Under the pieces are notes generated by a model. The model ran no database searches and was not told the DNA's origin. It was given only the letters and a program-made list of their open reading frames with translations. A stretch of DNA of 55,517 nucleotides, from contig JACRPV010000033.1 of NCBI GenBank assembly GCA_016223015.1, positions 1 through 55,517 of the forward strand, written 5' to 3'. The position numbers and the translations under genes were made by a program. Position 1 is the first letter of the stretch. Each line of letters opens with the position of its first letter. The DNA comes from Geobacter sp. Lineage in GTDB: Bacteria; Desulfobacterota; Desulfuromonadia; Geobacterales; DSM-12255. Shown in pieces: positions 18,165 through 29,808 of the stretch.

Positions 18165-19934
18165 ATGCTGAAAGCCTATTTGTCATCATTGCGAAAAACC
18201 ATGGTCCTTATGATTTCATTCGGCCTTGCCATGGGTATCATCTTCCCTTTTTATTCGGCCCTCTTCTTTGGTTCCCGTGCATTCACCCCCTGGTATATCG
18301 CAGGCTGCCTCATTGCTGGACTGCTGGTCGGGCTGTTTTGCTGGTACATTATCAAGCAGGCGCTCAAACTGCAGCTGGAACGTCAGTTCAGTGCCATCTC
18401 CGGCCTTGTCGGGACTATCGACGATGACAAAACGCGTGCAAGCAAGGATGAGCTGGAGCTCATTCAATCCCGTTGCGACATGCTCCTCAAACGCATGCGG
18501 GAGATGATGACGAATGTGAAATGCATTACCGATGCGTTTCTCATCAAATACCGTCAACTGGAAGAAAGGTCGCAAGTGATCGTCTTTGGCAATGACAAAC
18601 AGCTTGCCAAGGAACAGGAAAATCTCCAGTCAATGGAACAGTTGACCGATTTTTTTGGCATCCTGCTCAAGGAAATCGAGGAACTGACCCTGAGGAGTGA
18701 CGAGCGTGCTTCGATTACCGCGGAGATGAGCGCAACCACCGACGTTATTGCCGAAAACATCAGAGAGTACTCGGATACCGTCACCAATACCTCTTCATCC
18801 ATTGAGGAAATGGCTGCAAGCATCAAAGAAATCTCGGCGAATATAGAGGCCCTTTCATCATCGACAGAACAGACCTCCAGCTCCATTCAGCAAATCAGCT
18901 CGGCCATCAACAACGTCCGCGACAATACCCAAAAGGCCGTTGAGAGCTCCGTCAACGTGAGGATGCTGGCGCAGGACGGCATGCGGGCAATGTCGGCGAC
19001 GTTGAAAGCCATGCATGAAATTGAACAGAACAATGAAGAATCATATAATGCCATCAGCCGGCTGGCTGTTCATTCCGCGCGAGTGGGCGAATTCGTAAAG
19101 GTGATCCAGGAAGTAGTGGAGCAGACCAATCTCCTCTCCCTGAATGCGTCCATTATTGCCGCACAGGCCGGAGAGCGGGGCAAGGCCTTCGCCGTTGTTG
19201 CAGAAGAGGTAAGATCTCTGGCCCACAGGACCTCGGCATCGGCAACCGAGATCCAGGAACTGGTGAAAAACATCCAGAAGGAAACTGCCTCTGTCCAGCG
19301 CGCGATTGCTCAGGGGAAGGACAGGGGCAAAGGTGGGGTTAAAATATCCGCAGTTACCAGTGATGCACTGGCAAAGATCGAATCGACCTCAACTGAAGTG
19401 GCTCAGATGATCCAGAAGATTGCCGCCTCAACCGTCAAGCAGGCGGCAGGCAGCAGGGTTATCAGCGAAGAAGCGGACAAGAATCTCGAGCGGGTCAGAC
19501 AGGTAACCAGGGCGGTCAAGGAGCAGGAGCGTGGCACCATGATGATCGTTGAGGCTCTGGAAAATCTGCGGGAACTCTCCCACAGGATCATCACCTCAAC
19601 CCGGGAACAAACCCAGGGGAATCGCCTTTATTTACACAACATACTGAATGACAACGAGAAAATTAAGCTACTGCACTCTACTGCCTTGAAACAGCATGCA
19701 CTGGTCGAGGAGCTCAAGACAAACATTGGCGAATCAGGCTTCCTGATGCAGGACAACGTATTCAATGGCCAACAGATCATGCAGCAGATCAGTGCTCTCA
19801 TCAATGAAATCTACCTGTTGCAACAGGCACAGCTCCCCATATCCCATCCGGCTATCGAAACACCGGCGCCTCCCATAGGATTGGGGCATCAATCCAGTGA
19901 ACCTGTCATTATACCTGAAGCCCAAGAATTCTGA
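18165..19934 (+). CDS. Methyl-accepting chemotaxis protein with no periplasmic domain
   Basis: Two N-terminal TMs and [34 protein letters not shown]. Confidence 0.93.
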   Translation: MLKAYLSSLRKTMVLMISFGLAMGIIFPFYSALFFGSRAFTPWYIAGCLIAGLLVGLFCWYIIKQALKLQLERQFSAISGLVGTIDDDKTRASKDELELIQSRCDMLLKRMREMMTNVKCITDAFLIKYRQLEERSQVIVFGNDKQLAKEQENLQSMEQLTDFFGILLKEIEELTLRSDERASITAEMSATTDVIAENIREYSDTVTNTSSSIEEMAASIKEISANIEALSSSTEQTSSSIQQISSAINNVRDNTQKAVESSVNVRMLAQDGMRAMSATLKAMHEIEQNNEESYNAISRLAVHSARVGEFVKVIQEVVEQTNLLSLNASIIAAQAGERGKAFAVVAEEVRSLAHRTSASATEIQELVKNIQKETASVQRAIAQGKDRGKGGVKISAVTSDALAKIESTSTEVAQMIQKIAASTVKQAAGSRVISEEADKNLERVRQVTRAVKEQERGTMMIVEALENLRELSHRIITSTREQTQGNRLYLHNILNDNEKIKLLHSTALKQHALVEELKTNIGESGFLMQDNVFNGQQIMQQISALINEIYLLQQAQLPISHPAIETPAPPIGLGHQSSEPVIIPEAQEF

Positions 19935-20190
19935 CCAGTTCTGCCAGCATCTTCTCCTTCAGCGAATAGCATACCCGCGCCCCGTCACGACGTGCATCCA
20001 GTATCCCGTGCTCTTTCATCACCTTCAGATGCTGGGACACTACTGCCTGGGGGAGTCCGAGACACTCCCATATTTCCTTTACGCAGGCGCACCCACCGGC
20101 AAGCCCAGCGACGATCCTCAGACGGACCGGGTGCCCCAGCGTTCTGAGCAGCAACGCCCTCTGTTCCACGGTTGCATCAGGTGTTTTCAT
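19909..20190 (-). CDS. ArsR/SmtB family transcriptional repressor
   Basis: [38 protein letters not shown]. Confidence 0.93.
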   Translation of the reverse strand: MKTPDATVEQRALLLRTLGHPVRLRIVAGLAGGCACVKEIWECLGLPQAVVSQHLKVMKEHGILDARRDGARVCYSLKEKMLAELVRILGLQV

Positions 20191-20197
20191 AGTGTCA

Positions 20198-20575
20198 TCA
20201 CCGCTCAATGGGATAGCCGTTGCGATACCAGCCAACCAGTCCGTCAACCATGTTGTAAACCTCTCCATATCCGCGGTTCACCAAATACTTTGCCACCAGA
20301 TTGGAGCGCGACCCGACCGCACAGTAGACAAGGATCGGTCGATTCTTTGGCACCTCGACAAGCCGCCGTTCGATTTCGCTTAAGGGAATAAGCATCCCGC
20401 CTTTCATCCGTGCCTGACGAAACTCCTCGGGGGTGCGGACATCCAGCAGATAGACGTTCTTTTTTTGTTCGATGATCCTTTTCGCTTCAACGGACATGAC
20501 GTTGCGATAGCCAGCACCCAAAGCAGCGGTAACCGTGGCGATCAACAGAAGGAAAATCGCAAGAATGTTGCGCAT
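20198..20575 (-). CDS. Exported single-domain rhodanese (PspE-like)
   Basis: Signal peptide, LLDVRTPEEF, active-site YCAVGSRS. Confidence 0.93.
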   Translation of the reverse strand: MRNILAIFLLLIATVTAALGAGYRNVMSVEAKRIIEQKKNVYLLDVRTPEEFRQARMKGGMLIPLSEIERRLVEVPKNRPILVYCAVGSRSNLVAKYLVNRGYGEVYNMVDGLVGWYRNGYPIER

Positions 20576-20598
20576 GAATCAAATCCTCTCAGCAGAAT

Positions 20599-21432
20599 TT
20601 ATATAATTTCCAGACTCGTCCCCACCTGTGCGGCGAGAAACTGTCCGGGGAATTCCCGGTGGAGTCTGGCGGCAGCAGTGAATCCGGTGCAGTGGGTGCC
20701 ATAGATCTTCCTCACCCGGAATTCTCTCAGTGCGGACACTGTGGCATCAAGCTGCTGAGCCGAACTGAACCCCAGATGGGTACCACCTATAACCGCCTGC
20801 ACTTCTTGAACACCGGTCAGTTCGCGTGCAGCCCGGATGGTATTGATCAGACCGGCATGACAGCATCCCAGGACCAGCGTTAATCCACGCTCCCCCTTGA
20901 TGATCAGCGACTGGTCGTCAATCAGCTCATCGCGAAGGTTGCCGAGCGGATCGGCGTACAGTCCCGTATCCCCGATCTCGAATGCAGTGCTGCGGCAAAC
21001 CTCGCCGGTGAGGAACACCCCGGGAGCAATCCCGCGAAAGGTAGAGCAAAGGTCAAAGTCTGCCCCGAGGACCCGGAGGAAATCCTCGCTGAACGGGATT
21101 CCGAGCGGCACCGCTTCGCCGGTATCCTTGACCCGGTAACGAGGCGCAAAAACACCTGGATGGGCATAGACCGGCCTCTTTCCCGTCAACTGCAGCAGTT
21201 GTCGCAGACCACCTGTATGGTCATAATGCCCATGCGAAAGCACAACCGCGCTGATCGAGCGGAGGTTGCGGTTCATCCGCAACGCGTTATGCAACAGGGT
21301 TTCGCCGCCACCCGTGTCGAACAGCAGGGAGCCGCCATCCCATTCGATCAGCGCGGAAAAACCATGCTCCCCCAACGTACCGGCGATGGGGCCGACGGTG
21401 TTATCACAGAGGATCGTTACCCTGGCGCTCAT
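20599..21432 (-). CDS. MBL-fold metallohydrolase
   Basis: [39 protein letters not shown]. Confidence 0.92.
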   Translation of the reverse strand: MSARVTILCDNTVGPIAGTLGEHGFSALIEWDGGSLLFDTGGGETLLHNALRMNRNLRSISAVVLSHGHYDHTGGLRQLLQLTGKRPVYAHPGVFAPRYRVKDTGEAVPLGIPFSEDFLRVLGADFDLCSTFRGIAPGVFLTGEVCRSTAFEIGDTGLYADPLGNLRDELIDDQSLIIKGERGLTLVLGCCHAGLINTIRAARELTGVQEVQAVIGGTHLGFSSAQQLDATVSALREFRVRKIYGTHCTGFTAAARLHREFPGQFLAAQVGTSLEII

Positions 21433-21641
21433 TTCTGGCAACAATCATTGGGAAACCGGGGGACGCCCAGCTTGTCAAGGATGTTGAACAACGGGCAAAA
21501 CTGGGTAAACCCTGACTGGAACAGGTTCAGTCGGACAAAACCGGTAACCCAGAGCCAGTTCGGGTTGTGAAAGTGCGCTAAAAGCAGCGAAATCAGGACA
21601 AATGCCCCGGCAACTATTCGGACAATACGCTCGATGTACAT
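21429..21641 (-). CDS. DUF2892 / YgaP-like membrane protein
   Basis: ERIVRIVAG, two TMs, QSGFTQFCP. Confidence 0.88.
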   Translation of the reverse strand: MYIERIVRIVAGAFVLISLLLAHFHNPNWLWVTGFVRLNLFQSGFTQFCPLFNILDKLGVPRFPNDCCQK

Positions 21642-21654
21642 GAGAAACTCCTCT

Positions 21655-22083
21655 CTACGATCTCGACAGCATATCTGCTATCTTGCCTGCGACTTCGCCG
21701 GTCAACACCGGGCAGGCGCCTTTGTGATTGGACCTGATGATCTTGCAGCACGTCACGTCATATTTTTCCTTGAACCAGGCATGCAGTTCACGCGTCAGAT
21801 GGGTTATTCGCTTTTTGTCCTCCTTCAGCACCAGCCCTATCGCAACGGTTCCCGCCGCAACCGCACCACAGACGCAACCGGAGCCTGAACCGCCACCAAA
21901 TCCGCTAACCATCTGCACCACATCGTCAGGAAGTTCGGGACGAAAGTGCTTTTTGATCGTGAACACCACAGCCTCGGCACAGTGCATTTTCCCGGAGCGA
22001 TACAGAGCCTCTGCCTCCAGCTGGCAGAGTTCCGCCAGAGCAAGATCTTCCAGGTCCGCCTGTTTCTTCTTGAACCAAATCAT
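21655..22083 (-). CDS. C-GCAxxG-C-C family putative redox protein
   Basis: [27 protein letters not shown]-terminal C. Confidence 0.92.
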   Translation of the reverse strand: MIWFKKKQADLEDLALAELCQLEAEALYRSGKMHCAEAVVFTIKKHFRPELPDDVVQMVSGFGGGSGSGCVCGAVAAGTVAIGLVLKEDKKRITHLTRELHAWFKEKYDVTCCKIIRSNHKGACPVLTGEVAGKIADMLSRS

Positions 22084-25000
22084 CCTACCTCCGTCATTTC
22101 GTCATTCTTTACTGCATGTCGTTCCTTCCAGCTCTGCACAAGATAATACAGGATGGGAATCGTCACCCGCGACAGCGTCGTCGACGCAATCTCACCACAC
22201 ATGAGGGCAATGGCCAGCCCTTGGAATATCGGGTCGAAAACAATGACGAAGCTGCCGACAACGACTGCTGCCGCAGTCAGGAGCATGGGACGGAACCGGA
22301 CCGCGCCAGCCTCGATGATGGCCTGATCGAGGGGGAGCCCTTCACGGCGCTTCATCTCGGCAAAATCGATCAGGATGATGGAGTTTCTGACGATAATCCC
22401 TGCCAAAGCAATAAAACCGATCATGCTCGTAGCGGTAAAGAAGGCGCCGAAGAGGGCATGACCAGGCAGAATGCCGATCAGGGTAAGCGGGATGGGCGCC
22501 ATGATCACCAACGGCGTGGTAAAGTCCCGGAACCAGGCAACGACCAGGATGTAAATGAGTACCATTACGGCAGCAAACGCTACCCCAAGATCGCGAAATA
22601 CTTCATAGGTGATATGCCACTCGCCATCCCACTTGAGACCCGGTTTTTCCTCGCTCCACGGCTGTCTTGACGCAAGCTGCTCGATCTTGTAGCCACCAGG
22701 AAGGGGGATGGCGGCAATCTCTTTCTGCATCTTGAGGATGGCATACACCGGAGCTTCGATCTCACCGGCTACGTCACCAATCACATAGACGACATTTTTC
22801 AGGTTCTTCCGGTAAAGCGACTTTTCTTCGGTTCCGCGTATCGGCCGCACCAATTGGGATAATGGCACCATCCCCTTCGGTCCGGGGAGTTGGATCGACG
22901 AGAGTCCCGCCACAGAGCTGCGGTCTGCTACGGGGAGACGCAGATTCAGGGTTACCGGTTCTTTTTCCCGAGCCACATGCAGGAGACCCGCATCCATCCC
23001 GCCGAGGGCAAGCCCCAAGGAACTGGCCACATCTTCGGCAACGATACCGTTCAAGGCGGCCTTCTCCCGGTCGACCGCAAAGGTCACCTTGGCTTGATCA
23101 TCCTCGCGATACCAGTCAACGTCCACTACCCCTGCGGTCTTTATGAAGATATCCTTCACCTGTCGGGCAATATCAGCCCGCGTGGCGTCATCCGGCCCAT
23201 ACACCTCTGCCACCAGAGTCGAAAGCACCGGAGGTCCTGGAGGTATCTCGGCGATCTTGACCCGTGCCCCATATTTATCGGCAATCTTCTTGAGCAGCGG
23301 CCGCACCTTCTTGGCGATGTCGTGTGACTGTTCTTTCCGGTCTGCCTTGGGGGTCAGGTTCACCTGGATATCGGCCAGGTGCGGGCCTTTACGCAGGTAA
23401 TAATGCCGGACCAGGCCATTGAAATTGAACGGAGAATTGACCCCGACATAGGTCTGGAAATCGGTCACCTCCGGAACGGTCCGCAACGCATCGCCCATTT
23501 CGGCAGCCACCCTCGCCGTAGCCTCCAGCGGGGTACCGTCCGGAGTATCGATGATCACCTGCAGTTCGTTCTTGTTGTCGAACGGGAGCATCTTGACCGT
23601 GACCAGCTTGAAGTAAATCAGTGAACAGGCTGCCAGAAGCAGTATAACAACGCTGGCAAGAAAGCCATACCTGAGCGGCTTTTTGTGGATCAGCGCATCC
23701 ATCACCTTCCGATAGAAAGCGGTCAGTTTCGAGTCGTCCGGCGCCTCGCCGCTGTCAGCATGGTGCTCTCCCTTCATCAGCCGATAGGCAAAATAGGGGG
23801 TCACGATGAACGCAATGAACATGGAGAGCAGCATGGCCATGCTGGCCCCCACCGGGATCGGCCGCATGTACGGGCCCATCAGCCCGCCGACGAATCCCAT
23901 GGGCAAAATCGAGGCAATGACGGCAAAGGTCGCCAGCACGGTTGGGTTGCCGATCTCGTCCACGGCCCGGATCGCACCCTCCAGCGGCTTGAACTTGGTC
24001 GTGGTGAAGTAGCGGTGGATGTTCTCGACCACGACAATGGCGTCATCAACCAGGATGCCGATGGAGAATATCAGGCAGCTCGTTGTTCTTTTCCTTTGCC
24101 GTCTCTCCATAGTTTCGGGTCACCGTGACCTGGACATCTGCTGGGATGATCTTCCCCTTCAGAAACTCCACCTTTTTCATCAGATCTTCTGCTACCCAGG
24201 TGGCGTTGGCTCCCGTCCTCTTGGCAATCGATATTGTGACGGCAGCATAGTCCTTATGGGGATTCCCCTGCAGCCCCTTGGTCACTGCAGCCGGCCCAAG
24301 CCCGAAAAAGACATAGTCTTTGGATTCTGCAACACCGTCTTTGACAGTGGCAACATCCTGAAGATAAATCGGTTTGCTGTCGCGAACCGCTATCACCAGA
24401 TGCTTTACGGTTTCCACATCCTGCAGGAACTGGCCTGCATGTACCAGCATTTCGCGATTGTCGCCACTGAAAGATCCCGACGCACTGCTGGCATTCCCTT
24501 TGTGCAGCGCAGCCGCAACCTCCAAGGGCGATATGCCTCTCGCAGCCAGTTTTCCGCTGTCGAGAACAATCCTGACTTGCCTGGAAAGGCCGCCGGTAAC
24601 CTGCGCTTCGGCAACATTATCGCCCTTCTTCAGCTCTTCGCAGATCTCTTTTGCCACACTGCGCAGCATGGTGTGATCATACCGATCGGACCAGAGCGTC
24701 ACCGCCAGGATCGGCACGTCATCAATAGATTTCGGGGCAACTAGCGGCTCGCCGGCTCCCGGAGGGAGCAGCTTCCTGTTGCTCATGACCTTGTTATAGA
24801 GCTTGACCAGCGACCGCTCCATGTCTTCGCCGACCAGATAGCGGACCGTTATGATCCCCATACCGGGCCGGCTCATGGAATAGAGATATTCAACACCTTT
24901 GATTTCCCAGAGTTTTCTTTCGAAGGGCGTTACGACGCGTTCCTGCACCTCGGCAGGCGTTGCCCCAGGAAGCGGCAAAAAGATGTCGATCATCGGCACA

Positions 25001-25140
25001 ACGATCTGCGGCTCTTCCTCCCGCGGGGTCATCTTTATCGCAAAAATGCCGAGCAGCAGGGATGCAATGACAATCAACGGAGTCAATTTGGAATTTATGA
25101 AGGCGCGGGCGACCTTGCCTGCGAACCCGAGGTCACGCAT
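22080..25140 (-). pseudogene. RND (AcrB-family) permease broken at about 24075 by a deletion/frameshift (possibly an assembly error)
   Basis: N-half 24046..25140 ends [12 protein letters not shown]. The C-half resumes in another frame at [18 protein letters not shown] (TM4). The TM2-TM3 region is absent. Confidence 0.88.
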
Positions 25141-25143
25141 GAT

Positions 25144-26256
25144 CTATTCCACCTTTCCACCGTCGGAAGCCTTCTCTACGCCGCTCACCACGATCCGCTC
25201 ACCGTCGCTGAGCCCGGCAAGGATTTCAATCTGTTCGCCAATCTGCCTGCCTGCCTTTACCAACCGCATTCTGATGATATTCTGCTGATCAACTACCCAG
25301 ACCAAATTCAGTGCACCACGTTCCACCAGCGCCTTTTTCGGCACCACGATCCCTTTGACACTCCCTACCGGAACGAACACCTTCCCGTAGGAACCGGAGC
25401 GAAGTCCTTTTCCAGCTACGGCAACCTTTACGGTAAAGGTTCTGCTGGCCGGATCGATAGCAGGAACGATCTCCACAACCCGCCCGGTTTCAGGAGCAGT
25501 CATCCCGTCCATCACGACCTCGATGGCCTTGCCGGTGCTGATCCGTCCCTTCAGGGTTTCGGGGGCCTGCACCTCAAGGAGGAAGCCACCTTCGCCTTCC
25601 ACCGTCATGAGCGGCATCCCGGGGAATACTGTTGCCCCGCGGTCTATGGCCTTGTTCGTGATCATTCCCGCAAGCGGGGCGATCATTTTCGTGTAGGCAG
25701 CAACGGTGACTGCCGCGCGGGCACTCTCACGAGCCTGTACCAAACGTGACTCGGCCCGGGAGACTCCTTGCGCCGCAACCTCCTGTTCGGACTGGCGTGT
25801 TTCATATTCCTGCCGCGTCACAGCCTGCTCGGAAAAAAGCCGGCTGTACCTTTGGAACGTGGCGTCGGCCAACTTCCTGCGCGACAGCGCCTCATCAAGC
25901 GCCCGCCGGGCCTCTTCAACGCCGGCCTGGGCTGCTGCTGCACTTGCCAGGGTTTCCACTGCCTCAATGCTTCCCAGAACCTGCCCTTTGCGGACCCGAT
26001 CCCCCTCTTTCACCATCAGAGCGGTTACGGTCCCGGCAACCCGCGCAGCTATAACCGAGCTGTTCACCGCCTTGACGGTTCCGACCATTTCCAGACGCTC
26101 GGAAACATCCTGAACGTGGACCGTATCGACAACCAGCCCCTTTACCACTGCCGGGGCAGCCGGCACGGCACGGTCATGCTCTTTCGTGCAGCCGGAAGTC
26201 AACATCAGCATCCCTGCGAACAGCACGACATTCATTACGCCAGAGCGTAGCATCAT
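25144..26256 (-). CDS. RND periplasmic adaptor (membrane fusion protein)
   Basis: Lipobox-like TSGC, VKEGDRVRKGQVL, IDPASRTF, GLSDGERIV. Confidence 0.95.
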   Translation of the reverse strand: MMLRSGVMNVVLFAGMLMLTSGCTKEHDRAVPAAPAVVKGLVVDTVHVQDVSERLEMVGTVKAVNSSVIAARVAGTVTALMVKEGDRVRKGQVLGSIEAVETLASAAAAQAGVEEARRALDEALSRRKLADATFQRYSRLFSEQAVTRQEYETRQSEQEVAAQGVSRAESRLVQARESARAAVTVAAYTKMIAPLAGMITNKAIDRGATVFPGMPLMTVEGEGGFLLEVQAPETLKGRISTGKAIEVVMDGMTAPETGRVVEIVPAIDPASRTFTVKVAVAGKGLRSGSYGKVFVPVGSVKGIVVPKKALVERGALNLVWVVDQQNIIRMRLVKAGRQIGEQIEILAGLSDGERIVVSGVEKASDGGKVE

Positions 26257-27581
26257 CTGACAACCTCCTTGAGGAACAGCCCGGCGCTATGGTAGACACG
26301 CGCATTGGCAAGCGCATAACCGGCTTCGTTATCAACCAGCTGAGCCCTGGCCCGGTTGAGTGCTGTCTGGGCGTCGAGGGTCTCGACCGTTGTGGCAAGC
26401 GCATTCTCATAGCGCTTGTTGACCAGCCTGACCATCTCCTCCGCATCCTTTACCGCACGCTGCGCTACTTCCAACCTTTTTATCGCCTCTTCTCGACGCA
26501 GCATCGCTTCATTGACCTGTAGTACGGCATCCCGCCGACGTTCGGCGAGATACGCACCCACGGCATTGCGAGCCGCCTGGGCGCGTGACACCTCACTATT
26601 TCGCCTCAACCCATCAAAAAGCTCCCACCGAAGGTTCGCGCCAAGCATCCAGCTATCGTTGTCACGCCCCAGGGGCACATCACGGTCATTCATCTGATAA
26701 GAGGCTCCGGCATAGACGGTCGGCCAGTAGCTCCCACGCGCAAGGGAAACACTCGCTTCGGACTTGGCAAGCTGCGCTTCCAGCTCCTGCAGGTCTCTCC
26801 TGCCCGAAAGTGCGGTTTCAACGAGCTCCTTGCCGTCAAGCGTGAGATCATGGGCGGTTACCGTATCTGCAATGTCGGGAGCTGTGCCGGCCGGCAGACC
26901 GATTACCTGCCCCAGGCGCAACCGGGCAAGGGCAAGGTCGTTAACCGCCGTAATCTTCTGCTGTTCGATTTCAGCCAGGAATGTCCCGATGCGCAATTCG
27001 TCGAACTTGAGGCCAAGCCCGGCTGCATTGCGGACGGCTGCCAGCCGTTGATGCTCGCGCGCGTCGGACACGGCCTTTTCGACAACCGATACATAAGCCC
27101 TTGCCCGTTGGACAGCCAGGTATGCACCATAAACCTGAAAGGCAACTTCCTGGCGACGTTGCTCAAAGGCATGGGAGCGGGATACATACTCCTGCTCCGA
27201 GACGGCCTTTTCCCGTGCAATCCCGACATCAAAGAGCGGCTGTTCCAGGGTGAGTGAAGTCTGAAAGTCTCCTGTGGTCGGTGGATGATTCAGATCACCG
27301 GCCAGAGAAAACCTCCCCTCGTCAAGCCGCATCATGAAGGCCTTTGTCGGAGAATTGGTAATCCCCGCCCGCTCTTCGAACGTAACTTTCGGCAGATACC
27401 GCGAACGGCTGACAGCCATACCTGACTCTGCAGCACTTTGTTCATAGTGAGCAGCCTGCAGAAGGCTGTTGTTCTCCAGGGCCAGCTCGATAGCCTGCCT
27501 GAGCCCGAGACTCCCCTCATCACCCATCGCAGCACCGCCAAAGAGCAACACCAGAGCCCCTGCAGCCAGAAATCTGATCAC
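26253..27581 (-). CDS. TolC-family outer membrane efflux protein
   Basis: Signal peptide, AIELALENN, two OEP repeats (YLPKV; YWPTV...WELFDG). GTG start after GAGGTGA. Confidence 0.93.
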   Translation of the reverse strand: MIRFLAAGALVLLFGGAAMGDEGSLGLRQAIELALENNSLLQAAHYEQSAAESGMAVSRSRYLPKVTFEERAGITNSPTKAFMMRLDEGRFSLAGDLNHPPTTGDFQTSLTLEQPLFDVGIAREKAVSEQEYVSRSHAFEQRRQEVAFQVYGAYLAVQRARAYVSVVEKAVSDAREHQRLAAVRNAAGLGLKFDELRIGTFLAEIEQQKITAVNDLALARLRLGQVIGLPAGTAPDIADTVTAHDLTLDGKELVETALSGRRDLQELEAQLAKSEASVSLARGSYWPTVYAGASYQMNDRDVPLGRDNDSWMLGANLRWELFDGLRRNSEVSRAQAARNAVGAYLAERRRDAVLQVNEAMLRREEAIKRLEVAQRAVKDAEEMVRLVNKRYENALATTVETLDAQTALNRARAQLVDNEAGYALANARVYHSAGLFLKEVVR

Positions 27582-27612
27582 GTCATTCACCTCGTTTACC
27601 GATCGTCGATCA

Positions 27613-27666
27613 CGCAAGTACAATATATATTGTTTTGTATATATATTCTTGCGGTCATATTGTCAA
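27613..27666 (-). promoter_or_regulatory. Sigma-70 promoter overlapped by an AT-rich inverted repeat (candidate ArsR operator)
   Basis: TTGACA-N17-TATATA on the minus strand. Inverted repeat AATATATAT(27622-30)-N8-ATATATATT(27639-47), extended by CGCAAG/CTTGCG. Confidence 0.6.
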
Positions 27667-27810
27667 CTGGAAAGTTATCGAGCATTTCGACAATTTTCAA
27701 GAATAATATTGCAGGCTAATGGAGATTACCCGTGAATTGACCAGAGCAGATTTGGTTGACAAACCTCCGGTCGGGTTCTAGACTGCGCGCAGGCACTGAA
27801 GGGATTGCGT

Positions 27811-28165
27811 GTGTTCAACAAGGAATTGTGGAAAAAACGTTTCAGGGAGATTCTCTCTCTGGACAGCCATCCGGGACATATTTCAGCTGGATTCGCCGTA
27901 GGGGTGTTCATCAGCTTGTTTCAAGCTGGGGCAGATGCTCCGTGGACTCCCCCCCCTTGAATTCCATTTCAAAAGCATTGCATGGCATCACCTCAAGACC
28001 CATGCCGCATCGCTCCTGATCGGCACTTCGGTCCTTGGCTTTGCAGCCGCAATTGTCGCGTACTTTACCTGCTATTACCTGGTCGTGCGATTTAGGAAAA
28101 AGGATGAAACCCTGGCAGAACTAACCAGGGAAATGGAAGAGGTAGGAGATGAAATTGATGAATAG
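27811..28165 (+). pseudogene. DUF2062-family membrane protein with an internal deletion and frameshift at about 27916
   Basis: GTG at 27811 gives MFNKELWKKRFREILSLDSHPGHISAGFAVGVFIS. Coding continues in another frame as CFKLGQMLRGLPP...VAYFTCYYLVVRFRKK. The central P..G.H...N segment is missing. Confidence 0.75.
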
Positions 28166-28196
28166 GGGAAAGGGTTACCGTAGAATACCGTGAGGG

Positions 28197-29198
28197 CTAA
28201 TTACCCAGGAACGGGCTCATGACCAGATATGCCATCCCACCAACAATGGCCGATGCCGGAATGGTGAGAACCCAGGCGACCAGAATCCTTCCAGCCACAT
28301 TCCAGTTTACCGCCGTGAGACGCTTCGAAAGGCCTACCCCGAGAATGGCCGATGTGATGACATGGGTGGTGCTGACCGGCATACCGATCGACGATGCCCC
28401 GAGAATGACCCCTGCCGACGCCGTCTCCACACAGAAACCGTGAACAGGCTGCAGTTTCACGAAGTCCTTCCCGACAGTCTTGATGATCCGCCAGCCTCCA
28501 CCATCAGTACCAAGCCCCATCGCCACAGCACAGGCAATCTTTACCCAGGTCGGGACGTCAAATGAGGGCAATGCGCCATAGCTGACCAGCGCCATGGTGA
28601 TGACCCCCATGGATTTCTGGGCATCAGCGGTACCATGTGAAAACGCCATGACCGCGGCCGAAAGTATCTGCAGCTTGCGAAAACCATTATTGAGCCCACG
28701 CGGGGCTGAATTTTTGAAGCACCAGAGCAGGATCACCATAAAGATGAATCCGATGATGGTGCCCACAACCGGCGAGAGCACCAGGGAGAGCACAATTTTT
28801 TGCAGCCCGCCCCAATGCAGGACAGAAGCACCGTCATGGGCGATAACCGCTCCGATGAGCCCGCCGATAATGGCATGGGAAGAGGATGAAGGCATGCCAT
28901 AATACCAAGTAATCAGGTCCCAGATAATGGCGCCCATAATGCCGGCCAAAACCACCATTTGGGTAACATGGTTGGCATCGACAATACCTTTGCCGATAGT
29001 GGTAGCAACCTTTGTGGAAACCATTGCCCCGGCAAAATTCAGTCCGGCTGCCATGACAATTGCGGCCTTGACCGACAGAGCCCGTGTCGAAACGCACGTA
29101 GCAATTGCATTTGCAGTATCGTGAAACCCGTTGATGTAGTCGAATGCCAGGGCAGACAGCACCACGAGGCAGAGCATGAGGAATGCGGTATCAAGCAT
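28197..29198 (-). CDS. PiT-family inorganic phosphate transporter
   Basis: NGFHDTANAIAT, PSSSSHA, HGTADAQK, PVSTTH. Confidence 0.96.
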   Translation of the reverse strand: MLDTAFLMLCLVVLSALAFDYINGFHDTANAIATCVSTRALSVKAAIVMAAGLNFAGAMVSTKVATTIGKGIVDANHVTQMVVLAGIMGAIIWDLITWYYGMPSSSSHAIIGGLIGAVIAHDGASVLHWGGLQKIVLSLVLSPVVGTIIGFIFMVILLWCFKNSAPRGLNNGFRKLQILSAAVMAFSHGTADAQKSMGVITMALVSYGALPSFDVPTWVKIACAVAMGLGTDGGGWRIIKTVGKDFVKLQPVHGFCVETASAGVILGASSIGMPVSTTHVITSAILGVGLSKRLTAVNWNVAGRILVAWVLTIPASAIVGGMAYLVMSPFLGN

Positions 29199-29808
29199 TC
29201 TTTACCACCACACTTTCGAGTATGTTGGCAGCATCTTCGCATTTATCCGTGGCCCGTTCCAAGGTCTCGTAAATCTCTTTCCACTTGATTAGCTGGATAG
29301 GATCCTTTTCTTCGTCGAACAGTCGGCTGATTGCCTCGCGACAGACGCGATCCGCCTCATTCTCCAAGGCGTTTACCTCGACGCAATATTCCGCTATGGG
29401 CTCGAGCTTCCCACCCAACAGGGCAACCGCTTTATCGATGGTCTGGCACGACTTGAGGATCAGAAAGGCCAGCTCTTTCGCCTCTGCGGTCGGCTTTTCC
29501 ACATTGTACATGACGAAGCGCTGGGCAGAGGCATCAATCAGATCAAGGATGTCATCGAGTGCCGACGACAAGGCATAGATATCTTCGCGGTCAAATGGAG
29601 TGATGAAGCTCTTGTTCAGCTTCTTGATGATATCGTGAGTCTGGGAGTCTCCCTTGTGCTCCACATCCTTGATCCGGCGCTGACTCCCGACTGGGTCCTC
29701 GAAATGGTCCATCATATCCTTGAGGAGTTGCGCTCCCTCGATTATGTTCCTGGTCATCTCCTTGAACATGGCAAAAAACTTCTCATCTTTGGGAATGAGT
29801 CCGAACAT
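29191..29808 (-). CDS. DUF47 / PhoU-like phosphate transport regulator
   Basis: EHKGD, FITPFDREDI, LENEAD, E.ATDKCED. Coupled to the PiT gene. Confidence 0.95.
   Translation of the reverse strand: MFGLIPKDEKFFAMFKEMTRNIIEGAQLLKDMMDHFEDPVGSQRRIKDVEHKGDSQTHDIIKKLNKSFITPFDREDIYALSSALDDILDLIDASAQRFVMYNVEKPTAEAKELAFLILKSCQTIDKAVALLGGKLEPIAEYCVEVNALENEADRVCREAISRLFDEEKDPIQLIKWKEIYETLERATDKCEDAANILESVVVKNA

Noticed and set aside
27949-27956. C8 tract as a phase-variation switch in the DUF2062 gene
   Set aside because: The frame break is about 30 nt upstream and the tract is in frame (LPPL) with the C-terminal half.
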